Below are positions 38,206-45,983 of a stretch of DNA of 64,000 nt, piece by piece. The position numbers and the translations under genes are program-made. The stretch's first letter is position 1. Every line of letters begins with the position of its first letter. Source of the stretch: a virus; the IMG/VR virus record IMGVR_UViG_3300027418_000370. One strand, 5' to 3'. A model generated the notes under the pieces. The model was not told the DNA's origin. It made no database searches and was given only the letters and a program-made list of their open reading frames with translations.

Positions 38206-39136
38206 TGAGTAAGATCACAGGACGTCAACGCTACTTAGCTTTTACCGAATGGTATAACTGGGCACAGACTAAGTACCCTATCCTAAAGAAGAAAAAGAAA
38301 CCACAACCTCAAAACTCTAACAATAATGAGCTTTAAATCAGGAGATGTTGTTCGTAGTATCGATCCTCGATGTGTGGGTAAGAACTTGAAGGTCTTAGAA
38401 GACAAAGGAGAGTTTCTAATCCTAGAAGATACTCAAGGAGAGATGTACAACGTATTTAAGAAGGACTGCCACAAGCAGATGTTGTTTGGTTAAGCCGAAG
38501 GGGCGGGCGAGGGGGCGTGTCTCTCTCCCCGCACCGAAGGTGCCACGCGCATTTTCTCTCAAAGTCCCTACCGGGCCTTGCTCCCGGGCTATTTATTAAA
38601 GTATTACTTGTCGTTTAACTGTCTATTACTTCCCAAGCATGAGTGAGAAGAGAATTGAGGAGTTGGGTCACCTCGCTTTCAATGAAGGTTTTTTTACACA
38701 ATGGCACGATACTGCCTCCCTTTATATGAAGGAAAATCCCAAAGTAGAGAGAGTCGAAGCGTACGAACAAGCATACAAAAAGTATTCCCGAACAGTTGTA
38801 AATAAGTAATAAAGTTCTTATCTTTAAGTTATGAGCGAATTTAGATTTTTGTATTGGGACGACTATGGAACGCCGGAGGGAGACAAAACAGGAGAGACAC
38901 CTAGCACAGCTAATACGCCGGAAGATGATTCAAAAGGATCACGGAAGTCAAAAGGAGTATAAGCGAGTAAACAAGAGAGTGTGGGATGACGAAGATTGAT
39001 TGGACAGACGAATACGATAATTGGTCTCCCGACCTCCCGTTAAGTTGGCACTCGGTAGAAAAAAATAAAGAAAGTTTTCCCGAAGAGTTGTCCGAACAGT
39101 AAAACGTTCGTATCTTTATAGAGTTAATAAGAGGTT

Positions 39137-39328
39137 ATGAGTAAAGAAGAAGAGTTGAGTTACGTAAGCGAAATACTGGCACAGGCGATGTATCACGGAT
39201 TAGAAGCCGAGATAGTCTTAGACGCCTTAGAATTAATCAAAGAAAATCCGAATACCGATCCAATCCTTGCGCTGCAGCTTGCAGCTGCGGACTGGGATGT
39301 GTATGTCGAAACAAAGCAGCACGACTAG
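39137..39328 (+). CDS. Hypothetical protein
   Basis: Follows the promoter at 39087-39116. Confidence 0.5.
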   Translation: MSKEEELSYVSEILAQAMYHGLEAEIVLDALELIKENPNTDPILALQLAAADWDVYVETKQHD

Positions 39329-39338
39329 TGCTAAACTT

Positions 39339-39424
39339 GCTACTGTGGTGAAATAGGTAGACACGAGGGACTTAAAATCCCTTGGCCAGTGATGGTCGTG
39401 CCGGTTCGATTCCGGCCAGTAGTA
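39339..39424 (+). tRNA. tRNA-Leu(TAA)
   Basis: Acceptor gctactg/cagtagt, anticodon arm aggga-cttaaaa-tccct, long variable arm, ggttcgattcc. Confidence 0.92.
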
Positions 39425-39442
39425 CACGGAAACCCATATACG

Positions 39443-39453
39443 GTTCTTTGACA
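39443..39453 (+). promoter_or_regulatory. boxA-like antitermination site
   Basis: GTTCTTTGACA in the first tRNA spacer. Confidence 0.5.
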
Positions 39454-39470
39454 TGTTGGATAGATAGAAT

Positions 39471-39552
39471 GCGGATGTGGTGTAATTGGTAGCCACGCCA
39501 GACTTAGGATCTGGTGCTTAATCGCGTGGGGGTTCGAGTCCCTTCATCCGCA
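39471..39552 (+). tRNA. tRNA-Leu(TAG)
   Basis: Acceptor gcggatg/catccgc, anticodon arm ccaga-cttagga-tctgg, ggttcgagtcc. Confidence 0.92.
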
Positions 39553-39669
39553 CATAATGAGAGGAGGAAAAGGTAAAATCCAAAGGTACGGTCGACGGGT
39601 CGTTTAAAACCTGAGGTACGGACTCTGATGCTGTAAGCGCGCTAAAGGAGTGAAGCCTCTCTATAATAT

Positions 39670-39743
39670 GGTCCGATAGCTCAGCTGGATAGAGCAACAG
39701 CCTTCTAAGCTGTCGGTCGAAGGTTCGAATCCTTCTCGGATCA
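39670..39743 (+). tRNA. tRNA-Arg(TCT)
   Basis: ggtccga/tcggatc, acagc-cttctaa-gctgt, ggttcgaatcc. Confidence 0.93.
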
Positions 39744-39835
39744 CTACGCAGTCAGATGCATCTGGTTTCTCTATTCCATTTAAAGATAGAGTGGAGCTAC
39801 AGTGGCAGGTTATGGTTGTCCTCTAACAACCAGCT

Positions 39836-39908
39836 CGGGATGTGGCGCAAGTGGTAGCGCACCTGGTTTGGGACCAGGGGGTTGGAGGTTCGAGTCCTGT
39901 CATCCCGA
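39836..39908 (+). tRNA. tRNA-Pro(TGG)
   Basis: cgggatg/catcccg, cctgg-tttggga-ccagg, ggttcgagtcc. Confidence 0.92.
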
Positions 39909-39930
39909 CTAATTATTAAATGTTTTAAAC

Positions 39931-40095
39931 ATGAAAACAATCATTAAGTACTTCTTTCCGGTAATGTACCTGCTTTACATTGTAGGTATTGGTTTAAACG
40001 TATCAGTTGGCGACTATTCAGATGCTGGCTGGATCTTCAGCGCACTACTCTGGATGTTTAACTACCATATGCTTTACCTAAAGATTACTAAATAA
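39931..40095 (+). CDS. Small membrane protein (54 aa) within the tRNA cluster
   Basis: MKTIIKYFFPVMYLLYIVGIG...WIFSALLWMF; two hydrophobic stretches; below the ORF-track cutoff. Confidence 0.5.
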   Translation: MKTIIKYFFPVMYLLYIVGIGLNVSVGDYSDAGWIFSALLWMFNYHMLYLKITK

Positions 40096-40224
40096 AGAAC
40101 CCAGACGTGTGCAAAGAGACTGAGTCTAGCCTCTAAATCCACTTCGGTGGTTGACTTTCGGGAAAAGATAGTGAGTGGGGAGTACGCCTACCGGACGGCG
40201 TCTCATTGATAACCTCCCCTATAA

Positions 40225-40297
40225 GCCTCCTTAGCTCAGTTGGTAGAGCCACTGATTTGTAATCAGTAGGTCGTTGGTTCGAGTCCGACAGGAGGCT
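40225..40297 (+). tRNA. tRNA-Thr(TGT)
   Basis: gcctcct/aggaggc, actga-tttgtaa-tcagt, ggttcgagtcc. Confidence 0.92.
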
Positions 40298-40392
40298 CAG
40301 AGAGTAGGACTAATAGTTCAGCATACCGCTGCAGCGGTAAAAGTAAGTTGCTGTTAATAGGACGCCGAATCCTAACGCCTATTCTTTTTTAC

Positions 40393-40475
40393 TGGAAGGT
40401 GGGTGAGTGGTTAAAACCGGCAGACTGTAAATCTGCTCCCTTACGGGTACGGCAGTTCGAATCTGTCCCTTCCAA
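40393..40475 (+). tRNA. tRNA-Tyr(GTA)
   Basis: tggaagg/ccttcca, gcaga-ctgtaaa-tctgc, variable arm, agttcgaatct. Confidence 0.9.
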
Positions 40476-40481
40476 CAAATT

Positions 40482-40555
40482 GCGCTTATAGCTCAGTTGG
40501 TTAGAGCATCCGACTCATAATCGGCAGGTCCTAGGTTCAAACCCTAGTAGGCGCA
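40482..40555 (+). tRNA. tRNA with CAT anticodon (probably Ile2/lysidine, otherwise Met)
   Basis: gcgctta/taggcgc, ccga-ctcataa-tcgg, ggttcaaa T-loop; overall resemblance to bacterial Ile2 tRNAs. Confidence 0.85.
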
Positions 40556-40568
40556 CTAATTATTATAA

Positions 40569-41264
40569 ATGAAGTTATTTGTACCTTTAATCTGTTATAA
40601 TCATACTGCCAATACAGAGTGGATGATGTCCACTATGAAGTTATTAAACTTTGTCAAGGATCAAAGTATACCTTGCACCTTCTATCCAATATTCTTTGAG
40701 AGTTTAGTTTCACGAGCACGCAATGCAGCAGTAGCACACTTCCTTCAAGATGAGGAAGCAACTCATTTATTGTTTATAGATTCCGATATCATCTTCGAAC
40801 CTGAGGATGTTGTTAAGCTTATTCAAGCTAAGAAAGAAGTAGTAGGGGGTATGTACCCTAAGAAGTATATTAAGTGGGATCATATTAAAAAGTATCCTGA
40901 AGCTCAAAGAGTAGACTTTCCAGTTGGTACTTCTACAATCAACTCAGAAGGTTTTATTGAGACTAAATACGCTCCTACAGGCTTCTTGATGATAGCTAAG
41001 ACAGCAATCAATAGACTAATTAAAAGCAATCCCCACCTCAAATATAGAAACGATATCGATGGATATGGAACAGGAGATACCTTCTATGATCTATTCCATG
41101 TAGGTATTAAAGGCGGTATCTATGAGAGTGAAGACTGGGGATTTAGTTCTCTATGGAGAGAAGAAGGTGAAGCAGTTTATATCCATCCTGAAGTAAACTT
41201 AAAGCACGTCGGATGGCATGAGTACGAAGGCAATTTAAAGAAATATATTTTAGAAAATCGATGA
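40569..41264 (+). CDS. GT-A fold glycosyltransferase-like protein
   Basis: ESLVSRARN, HLLFIDSDI (DxD), YPKK, SEDWGF. Confidence 0.75.
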   Translation: MKLFVPLICYNHTANTEWMMSTMKLLNFVKDQSIPCTFYPIFFESLVSRARNAAVAHFLQDEEATHLLFIDSDIIFEPEDVVKLIQAKKEVVGGMYPKKYIKWDHIKKYPEAQRVDFPVGTSTINSEGFIETKYAPTGFLMIAKTAINRLIKSNPHLKYRNDIDGYGTGDTFYDLFHVGIKGGIYESEDWGFSSLWREEGEAVYIHPEVNLKHVGWHEYEGNLKKYILENR

Positions 41265-41926
41265 AGAAAGTTATATTTGCTCTCCCAGGTAGAGAGTTTT
41301 CCGGAAAGTTCTTACAGTCCTGGACTGAGTTAGTGTATGCCTGCCTACAGAATGGCATCCAACCTATTATGTCTCAGCACTACTCACCTCTATTGTACTA
41401 CGTACGCAATATGTGCTTAGGAGGAGATAACTTAAGAGGAGTAGATCAAAAGCCTTTTGGCGGTCAATTTGACTACGATTACATTATGTGGATTGATTCC
41501 GATATCGTCTTTACTCCTGAGCACTTCTTTAAGCTTTTAAATCACGATAAAGATATCGTATCAGGTCTTTACATGATGAACGATAATGTTCACTATGCAA
41601 CAGTTGAGGATTGGGATGATGAGTTCTTTTTGAAGAACGGACACTTTCAGTTTCTTAATCGAGAGATGGTCCAAGCTAAAGAAGGAAAGCTCTTTACAGC
41701 CGACTACACAGGCTTTGGATGGGTGCTTACTAAGAAGGGAGTATTTGAATCTCTAGAGTATCCTTGGTTCCAACCTATGTGGACTGAATATAATATTGAC
41801 GGTAAACTCGTTAGAGACTTTACAATGGAAGATGTTGCCTTCTGTAAAATGATTAAGGAGAAAGGTTTTGATGTATGGATTGATCCGACTATCATTGTAG
41901 GTCACGAAAAGATGATGGTACTCTAA
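41261..41926 (+). CDS. GT-A fold glycosyltransferase-like protein
   Basis: YIMWIDSDIVF, TGFGWVL, EDVAFC, VGHEK. Confidence 0.75.
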   Translation: MKKVIFALPGREFSGKFLQSWTELVYACLQNGIQPIMSQHYSPLLYYVRNMCLGGDNLRGVDQKPFGGQFDYDYIMWIDSDIVFTPEHFFKLLNHDKDIVSGLYMMNDNVHYATVEDWDDEFFLKNGHFQFLNREMVQAKEGKLFTADYTGFGWVLTKKGVFESLEYPWFQPMWTEYNIDGKLVRDFTMEDVAFCKMIKEKGFDVWIDPTIIVGHEKMMVL

Positions 41927-42022
41927 TATTAAATTTGTATTAAGAGCTTGTATGTTTAAATTAAGTTCGTATCTTTATTACCAACGGTTGTATTATAATT
42001 TTGTTTAATTAAATTTTATCTT

Positions 42023-44560
42023 ATGAAAAAAGGTAAGTTCTGGATGTTACTTGGAGCAATTGTGTTGTCTTCCAACGTAGCGTTCGCACAAGAGACCCCT
42101 GACTATACAGCTCTCGACTCGCTCTATCAGCTAGACGAAGTAACTGTAACCTCAGGGGTTATTGATATCGCTAAGGTTCGAGAGACACCTGTAGCAGTAT
42201 CGACTCTGTCTTTAGCAGAGATCCAACTAAAGGTGGGTAACTTAGAGTTCCCAGAAGTAATGAACCGCACTCCAGGTGTATACGCTACCAAGCAAGGTGG
42301 TGGTTACGGCGACTCACGAATCAACCTTCGTGGCTTTGACCAGCGTAATACATCTATTCTTATCAACGGCCAGCCGGTCAACGATATGGAGAGTGGATGG
42401 GTTTATTGGTCCAACTGGCAAGGCCTTACTGATGTTGCATCTGGTATTCAGATCCAACGCGGCTTAGGTGCTTCCCGCTTAGCTGTTCCTTCTGTAGGTG
42501 GTACTATCTCCATCTTCACTAAGGCTGCAGAGAAGCAAGAAGGTGGATCTATCTCCCAGACTTCTGGTAACAATGGTTACTCAAAAACATCTGTTGTCTA
42601 TAACACAGGTAAGGATGCTAACGGATGGGCTACATCTGTACTTCTTTCCAAGTGGCAAGGTGACGGATATGCGTACGGTACAGCCGGTGAAGGTTGGACC
42701 TACTTCACAGCATTAGGTTATGCTCCTGAAGGTTCCGATCACGCCCTTAACTTCTCCTTCTTAGGAGCTGGTCAATGGCACCACCAAAGAAGTGCATGGG
42801 TATCTATCCGTGACTATCAGAACTTTGGTGAAGAGGGGATTGACCGTCGTTGGAATACCGATGCTGGTTTCTTGAATGGTGAAGAGTTTAATATGCGTAG
42901 AAACTTCTACAATAAGCCTCTTGCTACTATTAACTGGGACTGGAACATCAACTCCAACTGGAAACTAAACACTTCATTGTACGGTTCAGCCGGACGTGGT
43001 GGTGGCACAGGACCACGAGGCGGTAACTTCCGTAATGGAGATATCGACTTCTATCCTTACAACAAGGACCTTACTGAGCATTACTTAGATAATGGTAGAG
43101 GTACTCGTGACTCAAATGGCTTTATTGATTTCAATGCTGCTATTGCTGTTAACCAAGGTACTACTAATGGTTACGGTACAACTGACTCACTTACTTCATC
43201 TCCGTTCTACGGCTTGTTAGTCGGTTCTAACGGTTACAGAAGTAACGATGTTAACAGAGCTGTATTAGTACGTCGTGCTTCTATGAACTCACACGACTGG
43301 TATGGAGCTATCTCTAACTTAGAAGGTCAGTTCGGTAAGTTAAGAACTTCTATCGGTGTTGATCTTCGTACATACAAAGGTTACCACTACCGTGTTATGA
43401 ATGACTTGATGGGTCTTGACGCTTACTACTCAACTGGTAACAAGAACTCAGAAGGTCAGTTCATCACTACAACTGTTGCTGCTACTCCATTTACAGGTAC
43501 TGGCTTGAACGGTCCTAAGATTGACTACTACAACAATGGTATCGTAGGATGGCAAGGCGTTAATGGTTTACTGGAGTGGGCTGATACTAAGCTTACTGCT
43601 GTAGTGCAAGGTGGATTATCTAACCAATCTTTCCAGAGAGAAGACTTCTTCGACCAGCCGACACTTCCTATCTCAGAAGTTGCTAACCTAGGAGGCGGAT
43701 ACTTAAAGGGCGGTGCTAACTATAACATTAACGAGTACTCTAACGTATTCTTTAATACTGGTTACATCTCTCGTCAGCCTCAGTTTGATGCTGTATTCCC
43801 TAACTATGCTAACCTTATTAACGAAGACCTACAGAACGAAGAGATTACCTCTCTAGAATTAGGTTACGGTTATAACAGCAGCAAACTTACCTTAAATGTA
43901 AATGCTTACTCTACAACGTGGGGTAATCGTTTTATCACTCGTGCATTGTTTAATGCTCAAGGTGATCAGGGTTACGGTCAGTTCCGTAATATCGACGTAC
44001 GTCACAACGGTATTGAAGTTGAAGGTGTATACAACGCAACTCCTAAGTTGAAGTTGACTGCTATGACTTCTATCGGTGATTGGAGATACACTAAAGACTT
44101 TGATGCAGAGTTGTTCGACGATCAACAGCAATCAATCGGTACAGGTACTCTTTACTTAAAGGGTGCTAAGGTTGGTGATGCTGCTCAGTTCACTACTTAC
44201 TTAGCTGCTGACTACCGCGCTAATAAGTGGATTGCTCTTGATTTAGGTTACCGCTTTGTAGATGGTCTTTATGCTGACTACTCTATTGTAGATGCTGTCT
44301 TTACTCAACCAGACAATGCTGGAGCTCTTAAGCTTCCTTCATACGGTTTAGTAGATGCCGGCCTTACTACTCGCTTAGGTGAGAAGTGGTCTTTGAGAGT
44401 AAACGTCAACAACTTATTTGATGCTACTTACATCGCTGAGTCTGAAACAAACATCCACGCTGATGAGAACTCTGTTACCTGGAATGGTATCGACGTTCGT
44501 AACTCAGTATGGTTTGGTTTCGGCCGTACTTGGAACGCTAGCTTGAAGTACAACTTCTAA
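42023..44560 (+). CDS. TonB-dependent outer-membrane receptor
   Basis: Signal peptide, TonB-box-like LDEVTVT, plug motifs INLRGF...ILINGQP...GGTISIFTK, barrel end NVNNLFD...GRTWNASLKYNF. Confidence 0.92.
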   Translation: MKKGKFWMLLGAIVLSSNVAFAQETPDYTALDSLYQLDEVTVTSGVIDIAKVRETPVAVSTLSLAEIQLKVGNLEFPEVMNRTPGVYATKQGGGYGDSRINLRGFDQRNTSILINGQPVNDMESGWVYWSNWQGLTDVASGIQIQRGLGASRLAVPSVGGTISIFTKAAEKQEGGSISQTSGNNGYSKTSVVYNTGKDANGWATSVLLSKWQGDGYAYGTAGEGWTYFTALGYAPEGSDHALNFSFLGAGQWHHQRSAWVSIRDYQNFGEEGIDRRWNTDAGFLNGEEFNMRRNFYNKPLATINWDWNINSNWKLNTSLYGSAGRGGGTGPRGGNFRNGDIDFYPYNKDLTEHYLDNGRGTRDSNGFIDFNAAIAVNQGTTNGYGTTDSLTSSPFYGLLVGSNGYRSNDVNRAVLVRRASMNSHDWYGAISNLEGQFGKLRTSIGVDLRTYKGYHYRVMNDLMGLDAYYSTGNKNSEGQFITTTVAATPFTGTGLNGPKIDYYNNGIVGWQGVNGLLEWADTKLTAVVQGGLSNQSFQREDFFDQPTLPISEVANLGGGYLKGGANYNINEYSNVFFNTGYISRQPQFDAVFPNYANLINEDLQNEEITSLELGYGYNSSKLTLNVNAYSTTWGNRFITRALFNAQGDQGYGQFRNIDVRHNGIEVEGVYNATPKLKLTAMTSIGDWRYTKDFDAELFDDQQQSIGTGTLYLKGAKVGDAAQFTTYLAADYRANKWIALDLGYRFVDGLYADYSIVDAVFTQPDNAGALKLPSYGLVDAGLTTRLGEKWSLRVNVNNLFDATYIAESETNIHADENSVTWNGIDVRNSVWFGFGRTWNASLKYNF

Positions 44561-44584
44561 GTTTCGGGAAATATATTTGAAGAG

Positions 44585-44609
44585 AGGGTGGCTTCGGTCA
44601 CCCTTTTTT
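44585..44609 (+). terminator. Intrinsic terminator after the TonB receptor
   Basis: agggtggc-ttcg-gtcaccct followed by a T-tract. Confidence 0.8.
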
Positions 44610-44623
44610 CGTATATTAAGGTC

Positions 44624-45136
44624 ATGGAAAGTGTTATGAAGTACGACGAAAAGGATCAGTGTCCTTATCAACCTATCCACACCGAAGAGTGGTTAGAGGC
44701 TTTTTTTAAGAAAAACTATTTTAAGATGCCCTATAACCGCTTTATGTGGTGGAAGAGCTATACTCCTAAGACTCGTCCATTGACCGGTAAGGCTTCTCCT
44801 CTAGAGCGAGTTAAGAATGGAGACTTTGATCCTGCTCCTTATAAGTTTGAAGCTCAGTTGGTAGAGCATCGTCTACGCCGTAAGTGGTTTGAGCTTCAAG
44901 GAGACTGGCAGAAGTTCTTAGAGGTGTGTGCTGTAGATCTAGCTCGACGTAAACGTCTCTTAGAAGATCATGAGAAGGAAGAGAATCGCCGGTTAGAAGG
45001 CTTCTTTAAGTACGTAGGACGTATCTTCGGGATGAACCGGGATGAGATTATGCTTCACTTAGAGAGCTTTGCCGGTGAGACTGTACTTGAATTTTATAAC
45101 TTTCTCCATGAGAAATACGATGATAAACCGTATTAA
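44624..45136 (+). CDS. Hypothetical protein
   Basis: Likely ATG start after the ttcgtatatt promoter element. Confidence 0.55.
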   Translation: MESVMKYDEKDQCPYQPIHTEEWLEAFFKKNYFKMPYNRFMWWKSYTPKTRPLTGKASPLERVKNGDFDPAPYKFEAQLVEHRLRRKWFELQGDWQKFLEVCAVDLARRKRLLEDHEKEENRRLEGFFKYVGRIFGMNRDEIMLHLESFAGETVLEFYNFLHEKYDDKPY

Positions 45137-45184
45137 AACATAATCAGTATATATTTATATAAAAGAACACTAAATTAAATTATC

Positions 45185-45547
45185 ATGTTAAAACGTTTTT
45201 GGAATTGGTTACTAGGTAAAACTACCATTGATGAAAAAGTAATCGAAGTTGTTGAAGAAGTAAAAGAAGACATCCAAGTTATTCGCGAAAGAGCTAAAAG
45301 AGTAGCTGAAGAGACTAGAGATGTACTTGAAGCTGCTAAAGAGGTTGCTAAGCAATCTAAAGATGTTGTTAGTGCTGCTAAAGGCGCTCCTAGAAAAGGA
45401 CGTAAGCCTGCTAATAGAAAGCCAGCTAACAAACCAGCTACCGCTCCTGCTCCTAAAGTAGAAGCTCCTAAAGTTGAAGTAGTAGAAGCTGCTAAGAAAC
45501 CTACCCCACGTCGTAGAAACAATCGTAAGCCAGCAGCTAAGAAATGA
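45185..45547 (+). CDS. Lys/Ala/Pro-rich basic protein with N-terminal amphipathic segment
   Basis: RKPANRKPANKP and APKVE repeats; histone-H1-like tail. Confidence 0.55.
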   Translation: MLKRFWNWLLGKTTIDEKVIEVVEEVKEDIQVIRERAKRVAEETRDVLEAAKEVAKQSKDVVSAAKGAPRKGRKPANRKPANKPATAPAPKVEAPKVEVVEAAKKPTPRRRNNRKPAAKK

Positions 45548-45786
45548 ACCAACCTAACGTAAACGTAAGTTTAGATCAAACATCACCAGTATCGTGTGAT
45601 GAATGCGGACACTTGTATTTTGAGCAAGCGCTCCATATCCGCAAAGTATCAGGCCTACTCACAGGTACAGGACAAACTTCGTACCTTCCTATCCCAGTCT
45701 TTGCATGTACCGCTTGCGGTCATATCAATACAGAATTTTTACCTAAAGAAGTTAAAGACCTGGGAAATGAACAAACCGCTGATTAG
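45544..45786 (+). CDS. Zinc-ribbon protein
   Basis: CDEC...CTACGH. Confidence 0.6.
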   Translation: MNQPNVNVSLDQTSPVSCDECGHLYFEQALHIRKVSGLLTGTGQTSYLPIPVFACTACGHINTEFLPKEVKDLGNEQTAD

Positions 45787-45888
45787 TATTCACTTCAACG
45801 AGCCTGTTTGGATGTATGATGGTATTCAAGAATCCATCTACAACGAGCACTCGGAAGAAGAGGAGTAAGTTTAAAGAAAGAATAAATT

Positions 45889-45921
45889 AGGGAAAGGGAC
45901 TACGGTCCCTATTCCTGTTTC
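45889..45921 (+). terminator. Putative terminator
   Basis: aggga-c-tacg-g-tccct core with an extended ggaa/ttcc stem and T-rich tail. Confidence 0.55.
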
Positions 45922-45983
45922 TATTTATTAAAGAATTGTTACAGGTAATTGTTTTCGTTAGTTCTATTAAACTATGACGACTT

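Noticed and set aside
38500-38515. G-quadruplex
   Set aside because: Only three runs of three or more G; 7-deazaguanine DNA would also not support Hoogsteen tetrads.
39233-39496. 87-aa minus-strand ORF
   Set aside because: It is antisense to two well-formed tRNA-Leu genes.
39625-39654. Hammerhead ribozyme (ctgatg...gaa)
   Set aside because: The core reads CUGAUGC rather than CUGANGA, and no GAAA or cleavage triplet is correctly placed.
36260-44560. Bacterial chromosome or prophage boundary (groESL, tRNAs, TonB receptor)
   Set aside because: The same phage promoter motifs and composition continue through the region, and no integrase or att site was seen.
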